From the NCBI GenBank assembly GCA_043228905.1, contig JBHGNT010000010.1, positions 21,638,001 to 21,702,000 of the forward strand: 64,000 nucleotides of DNA. The letters run 5' to 3'. The DNA comes from Azolla caroliniana (taxonomy: Eukaryota > Plantae > Polypodiophyta). This document shows positions 45,250 through 58,700 of this stretch, in pieces. Positions within the stretch are counted from its first letter, which is position 1. Every line of letters starts with the position of its first letter. A program made the translations under genes and the position numbers. The notes under the pieces were generated by a model. The model did no database searches. It saw nothing but the letters and a program-made list of their open reading frames with translations, and was not told the origin of the DNA.

Positions 45250-48083
45250 CTCCCATTACACAGTATATTATAAGAACATTATATATAATAGGATAGGCAT
45301 TCTTTACACATTTACAGGACACCTTAGTGCTATTTCTAATTACTTCCTTCTCTCACAACCTAACACCCACCGTTAATTTACTACCAAGTATCTAACCTAT
45401 TTTTTCATCAAAGTAGGATTCAATAAAACTGTGAGATTATATCTGACTATATTGATTGATTGGTTAACCAAAATGCAGATGCTGCTAATTATGAACCCTC
45501 CCTAACTGATAGTCTATCATCTGCGGCTAGGTTCACATCCCTTGTTGCTGACATGCTCTCCATCATTTCCTATGCATACTGTTATTATAGTTATTACATA
45601 TGTGCAATCATTAGATCTTGATTACTGTTTAAGCACCGTGGGTATCACATTGATGATTTGCTAAATATCATGATATTTCAGCTATTTCTCGTGGTGATTG
45701 TTTTTACAGATGATAATCATATTGACAGTTGTTCCCATAAGCACCCTGATGATCATATTAATCATTTGCATCAACAAACATCCTAGGAGGTATTGTTCTT
45801 GCTTCACTGTTGTCATGTTGATTCCCATAGCATTAATTTGTCATGCTGATTTTCTTAATTTCTGGTAGATATTTGAAGTAATTAGTTGATTGTTAAGCAT
45901 TGTCCAAAATCATTAGAGTGCAAATAGGTTGTGCAAATTATGCGTTTAATGGTTAACGCGTGCTCACTGACTTACGTTCAGAGGCTTTCGTGTTAGTTCA
46001 TCTTTACTTGTCTCTGAACTCTATGTAAAAACAAAATGCATTAATTCCGTTACAAAGGATACCCGGTTGATATTTTCTAAACTGCTGGGGGTTGTTCTGT
46101 AATATACTATGACTATATTTGGAAGAATCCCTAATATTTAGTATGTACTGGTTGCGCAGTGCTGTTTTAAGTTGTCTCTTTTTATCTTATGCACGACTCA
46201 CGAGTGTGTGTTCAATTTAAAAAGAAGTGCACCTTATCTTTTAGGTGTTGTGCTAATGTCCATGTAATTTTAAGATCGTGTGCACTTTATATCATACACT
46301 ATAGGGTAGGAATACAACACTATAATGCACTTCCGAGTCCCGACAATCAATTAGGATAACCAATATTGTTGAGATATGTATATGTTATTGTCTAAATTGA
46401 ACAAGTCATTGCACGTTAAAGTAATATATGCCATCATTGTCTATAGATTGATGTGATTTGACATGTAACAATTGGCATTAGTTTGGCTTAACCAAAAAGT
46501 AAATCATAAAACCATTGTTCAAGATTATCGACCCGCTTTTTTTTCCCAAAAAAACACTACTCACATTAGTTAGCAAATGAAGTACATCAAAGTTCAGCCA
46601 TATTCAGCAAAACTACTCACACTTCTCCCCACAAAACTAATCATAATCCCCACCGCCTCATTTACAACAAAAGTATCACAACTTACTTGTACCACAACTA
46701 TACATATTTAAATCTCCTACCCGCTAATGGAAACCATTGACGGAAACAGCCATCTGGGTGCTTGGTAGTTCCATTTAGGCCCTGACGATGATTTGACCAT
46801 CATAGGAGAACCACCCCATTTCAACAAAAACTTTGACCGAGCCCTTTCGGCTTTATCTGTATCCCCTTGAATCGAGTTGTATCGTCTGCCCAGCCAAGAT
46901 ACCGGCTCGAACCAAATGTTTAGCAACACCTCACCGCGTAGGAGCTTTCGTTACTCAAAAACAAACATACAGCGCCTGGTCCAAATGTGCCAGGCCGATA
47001 AGCACGCCACCAACATCCATATCTCCAAAAAAACCGAAGTTTGTGGGTTTAACTGTTCCGCTTAGCCTTCCCTTATTAACTTCAAACCCTGTAAGGACCC
47101 CCATGTGACTCTCCCATTCACACGCATGCTACCACTATCCTGAGACTTCTACCCCAAATGTTGATCGCCTCTGCACAATTCCAAAAACAATGAGGTATCG
47201 ATTCCAAAAAGTGTCCACATAATTTACAACCAACCTCTCCACCACGACACCTCGTCCACTCCCCTACAAGTATCGCCTTAAGGCTAAGAAGCCAAAACCA
47301 AACCTTTATTTTTTTTGGCATATCCAATGCCCATAGTCTCCTCCAAAACAACTTCAACAAGTCATTTGATATGCCTTTATCCCTCCAACTATTGCGAGTC
47401 TAAGCATAAGCGAATGATTTGGAGCCAATGATTTGCCTTCCTAGCTTAGTACTGTACTAAAAAAACCCTTCCAATTTGTTCGTTCTTGGTTTCTACCACC
47501 ATACCTCTAGTGGATCCCACTCCAAACCACGTAGGGTCTTGTTGTCAAATAGCCATAGTTTACGATCATTATCCAACTTCCCTGACCCGGATTCACCTGC
47601 CAATTCTTACCTTCCAACACTGCCACCCGCACTGCCAACCATCGGTCATTGTCGGACAAAGCACCTAGGTTTCCCCACAAACGATACTCATTAGATGGGC
47701 ATCTCCCACGGATAATTTCTGCATCACCCTCACCTACAAACCACCCAAACCAAACCCCTCTTCCTCATTCAACCTATCTAGACCATCAACAACTTTATTT
47801 ATTAGTTGGGTCACCTTTTACAGCTTGCTAGTAAACATATTGCTACTAGTCTAACCCTCGCTCCTCTTCATTCTGAAAACATCCCAATCTCTTACTGAAC
47901 TAACATTGTACACTAACTTGCGCCCCCATGGCAAATATTTTTTCCTGTCCAAGCATCATATGGTATTCGCTTCTAATCCTGGGGTTCCAAAACAACGGTT
48001 GTCAAAGTTGTTACTCCAACGTTTTCAGTTGCATTAAGACCAACCCTTCTCGTACAATTGACCAGGCCCTCATTATGGCGCGG

Positions 48084-48928
48084 TGTCGTGGAAAATTGCG
48101 CTAGTGTGTCGGATCGGGTGGGACCGCCGGGGTCACAGACCAAGAAGAGATGGATATCGGAAGGCATACTTTCTCCGGAGCTGGCTGCACCGGCTGTGGT
48201 GTCAGCCGGGACGATTCCGAATGCGTGCTGGGAGCAACCGAACAAAAGAGAGGGAGAGAATACATGCATGCACACCGACTCAACACACGTGTCTTATGTA
48301 CAAAAGCCGGAAAGAAAGAAACGCACCCGAAACTGACACCAACAGAGACACAGATCTGCACAACCCTTCATATATGTATTTACAAGTCAACAAAATACAA
48401 CACCGATCACGAGCCAAACCAGAGGTAAGAGATTACAACCGTTGTCCGCAACCAAGCCGCCAGTTGGGGAGCTCTCAGGCTCATCGCGCCGAGTGGGGTC
48501 TTGCGCCGGAGATAGGAGAAGAACCGGAACCTCCAAATCACACGAACTCAAAACCACGCAACCCCAACATAAAGGAAACATCAAACCCTAGTATATGAAA
48601 CTAACAAGACTCCACTCAAAAGAGAAACCCAACCCACCTAACGACGAAGGAATAAGACCTAAATGAAACACTAAAAGAAAGTAAGAAGAAGAGAAAACTA
48701 CCATACTTCATATCTAATGGTATACCCTCCTAACTCAAAATGGGCAACCGCTTCACAAGAGACCCCTCCCTCCTTTTTATAGTCCAAGGAGGGAATAACA
48801 TTACAAAGTGGGATAAATATCCCTATTATTTTGTATACATTTCCTAATGTACATGTGCACATTATGCACATGAACGACTTTGCCTATTCCATCCGGTTTT
48901 CTCACCATAGTTGGAAATCCTCACGATA
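48084..48928 (-). mobile_element. Solo LTR (845 bp) with TGTCGTG/CACGA(C>T)A termini and 4-bp TSD GCGG/GTGG
   Basis: Removing it plus 4 bp restores the LINE ORF2 frame (KVAH-AIMRAWSIVREGL). Minus-strand CTATAAAAAGG near 48780. Confidence 0.78.
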
Positions 48929-49956
48929 GTGGGCCACCTTGTCCTCCATGCTAGCCAGTTCTTTCAACTTTAGACCTGGATTGAACAACCACCACATCTT
49001 TGCCTTCCAAGGGTTGTCGTTCCTCGGACACCAGAGGTCAGCTCTATCCCTAAGAAGCATCTTCCACAATTCATGCCCAAGTTGTAGACTTCGCACCAGT
49101 AGCTTACCAAGTAAAGCCTTACTTTGGTGAACTGGATCCACCAACCCAAGTCCACCCTAGATTTTCGCCTTGATCAAACAACTCCACTCCACTTTAGCTG
49201 ACATTGTCTCATGGTCTCTACCTGAACAAAGGAACCCTCTCACCATTGCCTTAATGTTTTTTACGCAAGCTTTGTCTAACATCCAGCATGCCACCGAGTG
49301 CCACATGGTGGCTAACAAAATGTGGTTTACCACAACCATCCTACCTGCAAAAGAATGCTTTAGTGATGCCCATAACCAAAGCTTTTTTCTAATTTTGTCT
49401 TTCCCTTGCTCAAGCTGTTGATTTTTAGGTGTCTCAACTCCCACCAAAAAACCCAAATATTTAATAGTCATTCCATTGGGGACCCATTGAAAATCAGCAT
49501 CAAGGCACCAAAGAGGCCATGGGTTTGGACTTACCCAGAATCCTTTGCTTTTGTTCCAATTAATTTTCCCTCCTGACGCTTTACCAAACAACTCAATCCG
49601 TCTTTCGGCTTGCTGTAAATTAGTGTCATCTACATACACTGAGTCCAACAGCTCCTTGCTCGCATGTGGGACAACTAATCCCCTTATTCTTGTATCTGGT
49701 TTGTTTAAAAAGAAAGAGAATGCCTTTGAAATAAATAAATAAAGGTAGGGGGCTAACATGCACCCCTGCTTGACAAACCTGCATAATGGAATTGGTGGGC
49801 CCCGATGCCCTAACACCAACACCCTACTCAAACTTCCTTTGTAAAGGGCTAGCGCAGCTGATCTCCATTTTGAGGGTAGTCCCAACCTCTCCATAACTTT
49901 ATCTAAAAAAGGCTCGTGTACTCTATCATATGTCTTCTCGAAGTAAAGCATGAGAT

Positions 49957-50393
49957 TGTCATGATAACACTCACATCATGCATCGAAAGGATCATGACAC
50001 TCACATTACGACTCAATAGGATTTGAACCCACGACCTTGTTGTACACATGTCAAATCATTTACCATTGTATTAATATTCTTATATGTATAGTTTTTAGAA
50101 TATGAAATCTTATATCATAGGAATATTCTATATTACTCTACATTCTAGAATGACCTAGAATATTCTAAAGTGCTCTATACCACAAGAACCTTCTAGAATA
50201 CTCTAGAGATCTTCTAGATTACTCTACATTCTAGGATAACCTAGAATATTCTAGAGTGTTCTCTATTACTTATAAATAGGGATCTACCACTCATCCCAAA
50301 CCTAAATTGGTTCAACGCCATTTTGTAGCCTACTCTGTAATCCATTTTACTCTTCAATATAATAATTCTCTTTCTCATATCTCTCTTTCTCTC

Positions 50394-50426
<33 letters not shown>

Positions 50427-50435
50427 GTCTTGACA
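49957..50435 (+). repeat. 5' LTR of the right chromovirus
   Basis: TGTCA...TGACA termini; repeat of 55275-55735 with scattered substitutions and a CT-tract length difference. Confidence 0.93.
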
Positions 50436-50522
50436 GTTTGAACCAATTTACTCCATTCATCTCTTCATCTTCCACAAATCCTAACAAGTTCTCTTCTTCC
50501 TTCTCCTCTCCCCTCGTAAGCT

Positions 50523-51647
50523 ATGGAGTCTGTGAGCAAACAAGAATACATGTGTGTTCTTTCTTATCTTGACATGCTCACGAATAAATTTGTGGCATTA
50601 GAGCATGAGAATCAAAGGCTACTTGGAGACCTACAACACGTGAGCGCCGAAAAAGCTCAACAATATGAAGAGTTATCACAGCGGGTTCATCAACTTGAGG
50701 CGACTATATTGTCATTACGAGAGCAAGCGTTGGGGGCTCAGAACTCCCCTAGAGAGCCAAAGATCAGCCTCACCGCCAAGGTTGATGGTACGAGGTCTTT
50801 ATTTCAAGGCTTTTTGAATCAAGTTCGTCTGGTTATTCAGTTACATCCCAATCGGTATCCAACTAATGTTGCTCATGTGGGATTAGTGGGAACTTTGTTA
50901 TGCGGTACGGCGTTAGCATGGTTCGCACCACTTCTCGAGAAGAAATCACCATTGCTGGAGGATTTCGAGGCATTTGTTAAAGAGTTTCAAGCTAGTTTCG
51001 GAGACACCGACAACACTAGGACAACGATAAACAAGATTTGAAGGCTCCGACAAGGAGATCGTCCCGCGTCGGCTTACGCAACCGATTTCTGACTCTTGGC
51101 CTGTGATATCCCTTGGGATGAGGCGGCCTTAATGGATCAATTCCATCAAGGTTTGCGAAATGATGTCAAAGATCTTTTTCTTACTTTCCCTAAAGATCCG
51201 AAGTCGCTTACAGAAGCCATTAGTCGAGCCTTGCGATGTGATCATCACCTATTTCAGCGACGTTCTGAGCGCCAACAAATGCTACCCCGCCAACCTGAGC
51301 AGACTTACGCTTTCGTAGTCGCAACGCCTCCACAAGTTTCTAGACCCATTACAAGGGATGGCCCAACTCCGATGGAAATAAAGTCAACACAACGTCGTGG
51401 GCCATTATCAGATGCTGAGAAGCAACGACGTCGAGCGCATCGCCTCTGCCTGTATTGTGGCAGTCCAAGACATATAGTTGTAAATTGTCCACATAAACCT
51501 AGGTGTCAAGTATACCAAGTAAGTGCCCATGAAAACCCTACATCAAGTTCTATTGTTACTTCTAATAACATAAGTAAGCCTCATAGTCCATGCCATGAGA
51601 ATAGATTCGATGTCTTGAGTCAATTAGAGGATGTGTTAAACGAGTAA
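50523..51647 (+). pseudogene. Chromovirus gag with premature stops
   Basis: EPKISL, WFAPLLE, LRQG region, GPTPMEI, CCHC knuckle CLYCGSPRHIVVNC. Confidence 0.9.
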
Positions 51648-51789
51648 GTACGGCCAAAATAGGAGCCATTTGGTTGGACCATCCCAGCTATGTAGAGTTA
51701 GTTCCTAGTCGTGGTTCCATTTCATCAAATCAAGTGAGTAGAGTTTTTTAAGCACAAGTCGAGCTTATCACACATCTACATGTCATCGA

Positions 51790-54700
51790 GTCCTAGCCTC
51801 TGCCCTCCTAGATTCTGGAACCACCTCTTGTTTCATGGATCGTGAATTTTCCTTGTCACAAAACATCCTCTTGAATAAGCTTCCCAGCCCAGTAGCCTTA
51901 GGAGTCATTGATGGACGTCCCATAGCATCAGGAGATATAGTCGAGGAGTCTGAGCCAATTAGGATAGTTCTTGGTGATTTGGCAAGCATAATCTCTTTCA
52001 ACATTATTCGTAGTCCAGAACACCCAATAGTTCTAAGTCTCCCTTGGTTTGAACTCCATAACCCGAAGATTGATTGGATGAAAAGAACAATTGAGGAGAC
52101 TTGGAAAAAAAGCACAAACCCCGCATCCCTCTCTCCTATATGTGATAATAGATCCCCAGACTTATTGACCATCTCTTTACAACAGTTGCGGGAGGAAGGG
52201 GGGAACGAGGCCATGTTCGTCTTCGCAATAGTAGCAACTCCATCATCCACTTCACGTGAAGCGGACATTAAACTACCAGACAAATACAAGGAGTTTTCAG
52301 ATGTCTTTGATAAGATGAAGGCCAATACATTGTCGAAGCATCGGCCATACAATTGCCCTATTGACTTACAACCAAGGAAAGAACCTCCATGGGGCCCAAT
52401 TTATAATCTCTCCCCTATAGAGCTAGAGACTTTGTGGGAATATATTGATGAGAATCTGGCAAACGGATTCATTCGGCATTCTAGATCCCCTGTTGGTGCA
52501 CCTATCTTCTTCATTAAGAAGAAGAATGGGACTCTTCGGTTGGTCGTGGATTATTGAGGGCTAAACAAAGGGACTATCCGGAATAGATATGCTCTACCAT
52601 TAATCCCGAATCTTTTGGAACGTCTCAATGGTGCAAAATATTTCACGAAGTTGGACCTTCGCGACGCATATAATCTGGTTCGGATTCACCCGAAGGGATG
52701 AATGGAAGACATCTTTTCGCACTCCCTATGGACATTTTGAGTATACTGTGATGTCATTCGGTCTCACGAATGCACCTGTTGTTTTCCAACATATGGTGAA
52801 GGATATTTTTCAAGATTTTCTTGATATCTTCACTATAGTTTACCTAGATGATATTTTAATCTACTCGAAGACCCAAGAGGAGCATAACGAACATGTTCGT
52901 CTGGTACTGTGTCGACTCCGAGAATATGGTCTCTACGCAAAATTAGAAAAGTGTAGTTTCGGCCAGAATCAAGTGGAATTTTTGGGGTATGTTGTATCAT
53001 CAGATGGTATTGCTATGGACCCCATGAAGGTACAAGCAAATTTAGAGTGGCAAATGCCCCTTTCAGTGCGTGATGTGCAATGTTTTCTTAGGTTTGCAAA
53101 TTTTTATCGAAAATTTATCAAAGCTTATTCCAAGGTTGTGCTTCCATTTACTCAACTCACACATAAAGATCAACCATTTATATGGAGTTCAGATGCAGCC
53201 GAGGCATTCAAAAGCTTAAAACGAGAATTTACAACGGCACCAATCTTAGCACATGTCAACCCAACAAAATGCTTCATCCTCGAAGCCGATGCATACGATT
53301 TTGCACTAGGGAGTGTCCTCTCGTAGACTGGAGATGATGGACAGCTACGCCATGTCGCCTTTCATTCACGAAAGTTTGAAGCTGCAGAGATAAACTACGA
53401 GATCCATGACAAAGAGCTTCTTGTAATTGTGGATTCGTTTCAACAATGGCGCCATTTTCTAGAAGGTTCTTCTCAGCAGATCATTGTCTACAATGATCAT
53501 AAGAACCTAACTTATTTCCAAAATGCTCAAGTCTCGAGTCGGCGACAAGCCCGGTGGGGGCAATTTTTGACTCACTTCGACTTTATCATCATATATCGCC
53601 CTGGGATGCAGCAAGGCAAAGCAGATGCTCTTTCTTAGTGCTCTTATATGGAACTTCGTCCAGGGGAACCTGCATTTGAGCATCAAAAACAAATTCTTTT
53701 GGGTCCTAATCGATTACGATTAATGGTAGTTAATGCCATAACAACTCTTGAAAATTCCACTCTTCTTTATTCCATTCGAGATCATATGGCCACTGATGAT
53801 TTCGCCAAGGATGTTTTGGATCATATCGTCCCGGATCGTGCTTCTTGCTCGAAAAATCCTCGTAATGACTATCGTCAGTTCTATTGGCATGGTGGTTTTC
53901 TATTTCGACAAAATCTATTGTATGTTCCTGATGGTCCCCCACGACTACAAGTTTTACAACATTACCATGACTCACCAATGGTTGGTCATTTTGGAGTTTG
54001 CAAGACTCTAAAATTAATTTCTCAACATTATTGGTGGACTCGCCTTCGTCATTTTGTTGAGGAGTATGTTTGGAGTTGTGATATATGTTGTCGATCAAAG
54101 AGTCCTCGTCACCGATCATATGGCTTAGTACAACCACTTCCCATTCCAGAAACTCCTTGGAAGTCTATATCCTTGGACTTCATTACTGATCTCCCAGTTT
54201 CAAAAGGTTTTGATGCAATTCTCACAATGGTTGATCGATTTACCAAAATGGCACATTTCTTGCCATGTACAAAATCGATTACTAGTCAAGAGGCCGTTGA
54301 TCTCGTTATGCGTGAGGTATTTAAACATCATGGTCTGCCGGATGATATTATTAGTGATCGTGGTCCACAATTCATCTCAAAGTTTTGGAAGCACATGTTC
54401 AAACTTCTCCACATTTCAATTAAGCTTTCTTCGAGCTATCATCCCGAAACAAATGGCCAAACTGAGCGTACCAACCAGACGTTGGAACAATATCTTCGTT
54501 GTTTCATCAACTATCAACAAGTTGATTGGGTTGATTTTTTGCACTTGGCGGAATTCGCTTACAACAACTTAGCCCATTCTTCTACATGATATTCCCCATT
54601 TTTCGCAAATACGAGTTGTCATCCTCGGTGGACGATGCATGCGCATCCAGACGTTCCTACCAACCCTGCTGCCGAGGATCGTCTTAGTCGCCTCCAAGAA

Positions 54701-55282
54701 ATTCACGCTACCATTCTCCACGATTTGCATGATGCTCAAGTTACACACAAGAGGCTTGCCGATCGTCATCGTCTAGACTCCTCAAAAAAGTTTCGTGTTG
54801 GGGATCATGTATTGCTTCTCCAACACAACATCAAGACCACTCGACCTTGCAGTAAATTGGATTACCAACGTTTTGGCCCTTACATGATCACTGGTAAGAT
54901 AAGTGATATTGCATTTCGTCTTGACCTCCCTCCGCACATGCATCTTCATCCGGTGTTTCATGTATCCCTTTTGGAACCTTATACTACAAGTTCAATTCCG
55001 GGCCGTCTTACGACATCCCCACCACTTGTCAAGTTCTTGGACGGCCCCGAATTTGAAGTTGTTGTCGTTCTCGATTCTAAAATCGTGCGCAACAAGTTAT
55101 ATTACTTAGTTGATTGGCTAGGCTATACCCCCAATGATCGAACTTGGGAACCTGCAGCAAATCTTTCCAATGCTCCGGAACTCGTCACTGAATTTCATCG
55201 CCAATATCCTTGTAAACCAGGTCCTAATACAAACCCTACGACCCGTGAGACGTGTTGTCGAAGAAAGGGGATAGTGTCATGA
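51790..55282 (+). pseudogene. Chromovirus pol (PR, RT, RNase H, IN, chromodomain) with stops and frameshifts
   Basis: LDSG protease motif, YLDD, ISLDFITDLP, SDRGPQF, GQTERTN, GPY, and chromodomain EFEV..VLDSK...YYLVDWLGY....TWEP. Confidence 0.92.
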
Positions 55283-55692
55283 TAACACTCACATCATGCA
55301 TCGAAAGGATCATGACACTCACATTATGACTCGAAAGGATTTGAACCCACAAACTTGTTGTACACATGTCAAATCCTTAACCATTGTATTAATATTCTTA
55401 TCTGTATAGTTTTTAGAATATGAAATCTAATATCATAGGAATATTCTATATTACTCTACATTCTAGAATGATCTAGAATATTCTAGAGTGTTCTATACCA
55501 CTAGAACCTTCTAGAATACTCTAGAGATCTTCAAGATTACTCTACATTCTAGGATAACCTAGAATATTCTAGAGTGTTCTCTATTACTTATAAGTAGGGA
55601 TCTACCACTCATCCCAAACCTAAATTGGTTCAACGCCATTTTGTAGCCTACTCTGTAATCCATTTTACTCTTCAATAAAATAATTCTCTTTC

Positions 55693-55732
<40 letters not shown>

Positions 55733-55735
55733 ACA
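55275..55735 (+). repeat. 3' LTR of the right chromovirus
   Basis: Follows the PPT and ends TGACA before the TSD. Confidence 0.93.
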
Positions 55736-58700
55736 GAGACATGCAATATGTTGATTGGTTTTATTTGCCAAGGCAATTGCCTCCCAAAATGTCAACACAT
55801 TATCAATTATGCATCTGTTTTCCATGAAACTTGTTTGTCTAACATTAATTAGAGCATGCAAGTGGGGTTTGACCCGCTTGGCCAGAATGGCAAAAATCTT
55901 ATAGATTGTGTTGAGCAACGTAATCAGTCTCCATTGTCTTGCATCAGCTATTAGACCATGTACCTTATTAATTAGAAATATCAACCCCTCTTTAAAATGC
56001 TTGGGTAATCACCCAACATCCCATGCCTCATTAAGACCATCAACCAAGTCAACCTTAATCACTTCCCAAAAAATTTCAAAAAAATCTCTTCATAATTTGT
56101 CGATGTCTAGATAAAACGTTCTACATATACCCGCCAAAGCATCTGACACCTCCTCTTCCAAGAATGGCCTTGAGAGATTAACTTGTGCAACCTCTGAAAT
56201 TTTTTGTTGCATTCCCTCCAATACAAATTTTGTCATAATAGGTTGTTCAGGGATACTATAATCGTATGAGAGTAGCCCATGATAGTGAGTTGTGAGTCGT
56301 GATTGCCTCCATGATCTCCAATACATCCTCCGACTATGATCCATCCTCCTTAATCAGCTTAGGATTGTGGCTACAGTTTGTTCTCGGCTTTTTATACTTA
56401 AAAAATTGTTGATTTACCTTATCCACATTCTTGCTCCACCATGTTGTTGAACTCCTGAATAACATCATGTTTCTAGAATCAATAAACCATTGTAGCATTC
56501 TCTAGCAACCTCAAGACCTACTCTAGACCAATGACACATGGGATCTTTTTGAAGTATTATTTGGGAAGCTGTTATCGATCTTCTTAATCCCACGTCTCTT
56601 TCCTTAGACCTCACAATTCTATTTTTAGTCTCTGCATGCAAATATATTGAAGTTTCAATAATCTTCCCTCTGATTTTATCAAGTGCACCACAGCCAACTA
56701 GATTACTTGCCCATATGATCCTTATCTTCCTTCCCACCTCCACATCCTCAAAAAGCTTACTGTTGATCCTCAGGTTACAATCCCTTTGTGGCCTCCTCTG
56801 GATGACTAACGTAATCTTAACCGGCATATAATCAGAGTAAGCCGAACCGACAATGCTTTCAACATTGTTGCCATATTTTCCCAATTCCAAGCTTATGTAT
56901 ATTTTGTCTATGCGAGACATGCAAAAGCCATTTATACTGCAACCTGCTCTTGTAAAGCTTAGCGAACTCCGAGGCTTTTTTAGTATATACCAAGCATCTT
57001 TCACTCATAATCGGCCCATCAGCAAAATCGTGCAACTAACTCTAACCCCTGGACCACCGTATGCGTGCAACCCACGTTGTCCTCTGTGTGCAAAGTCATG
57101 TTAAAATCCCTTGTGAAGATCCAAGCATCTGTAAATGACAAGCCATCGGCCAATTGCTTCCAAAAAAGGGCCCACATTGCTAACAAATTGGGCGCATACA
57201 CATTAAATATTATCCTAACTATACATTGATGTCATCTGACAGTCACATAGATGGCACGTCCCTCCACTATGGTGTCCTGGCCCACCACAACAATATTCGG
57301 ATTATTCTTAATAGATGTACAAACACCTCATTTTCTACCATGCTCACCCTGAGCTAGGGACGAAAAAGTATGCTAATCCCCCCTCAAGAGGATTGTCAAT
57401 ACTCAAGATTTTATTCACACTCAAACGATGCTCTTGCAAGATTTTGTTCGCATTCAAAAGTATGGAATCCCCTTAAAGCTCGGGAATTTGAACTCCTAAC
57501 GAAAGTTCTTCCTTTCCATCATGCATTTGCTGCCACCAAGACCTTGTATGTTCCACGTGATTAATTTCATGAAATCAATTATGAAGTCTCCCAAGAAGGA
57601 CATAGTCCCTCCCCCCGGGTCCATGCCCAACATCCCTCATTGATTCTCTCCCATCCTAATAGTACATCCTGCCTTGTATCTTCTTCTGGTTCCTCCTCAT
57701 GGAAGTGTATCACCTCATCGAGGGAGTCTACCCTCTCCTCTAGGCATAGTAGTAACTGCTTTTTAATGCAAAAATGATTGAAACTCCCACGTATCATTCC
57801 AACATTCATCCACATCAACATCAGTATATCCCCATTCAAGGTGATTGGCAGGCTGTTAAAGTATTTGTGCGCCTTGACTTCTATGGATCTGGAGATCCGT
57901 GCCATGTTGTTGGTCGAAACCTCCAGGCCCATCAAGTCGAAAGAGAAGCCTACCTTCGGTAGCTTGTTTCATCCAGCAACAATCACATAAACCCTCAACC
58001 CCAGGGCTTCCTCATGACATAAATCAATCAGTCTCGTGAGAGCCTGTTGGCTAAAGCTGCACCCCTTGCCAAGAGTGTCCCTTTCCGATCTTTTGGACCT
58101 AACAAATTTAACTGAAACTCTGACAGTTGCCTCCATACTAACTTGTTTCAACTCTTGTAGCTTCTGAAATTTGGAAGTGGTGGATGAGCTTTCTTGACAC
58201 CTCCCATTGCATAACCATTCTTTCACTGCTCTCAATCCAATACTTCCACTTTCACTAGTGGAGAAGGGGGAGCTCATGACATTTTCTTGTCTGAGCTATG
58301 CATTGTTTAATAAGACATTGGTTGTGCACGCTACCACCTCTTCAACATTAGTTGTCCTTTAATCCTATAATAGGTCCTCTTCTTACAACACTTCAAAACG
58401 ATTTCTCAAATCTACATGAGGTGTAGCTGTGTTTTTTCTTGTTGCAAACCATTTTTGTGTCCCAAAACAACAGTCCAAACATTGGCATTAACCTTCACAT
58501 TCTCAGCCCCATTGAGAGTACTTTGTATTCCCACCCCTGTCTTCTCTTGCTTAGCTATTAGCCCCTTAACCTTCTCCCCCCTTACGTTACTATTGATCTT
58601 CCTAGGGCATTCCTTAGCAATGTGGCCCTTTTTTTTACAATCAAAACATTGACCATGTAGTCCCTCATTTTCCACTTCCACATCTATCAGTCTTGCCTCC

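Larger units (their letters stand above)
49957..55735 (+). mobile_element. Full-length but decayed Ty3/Gypsy chromovirus (Tcn1-like) inserted in the LINE RT
   Basis: LTRs at 49957-50435 and 55275-55735. 5-bp TSD GAGAT/GAGAC. Removal rejoins LINE NQHIACL-MLYFEKTYDRV. PPT AAGAAAGGGGATAG. Confidence 0.95.
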
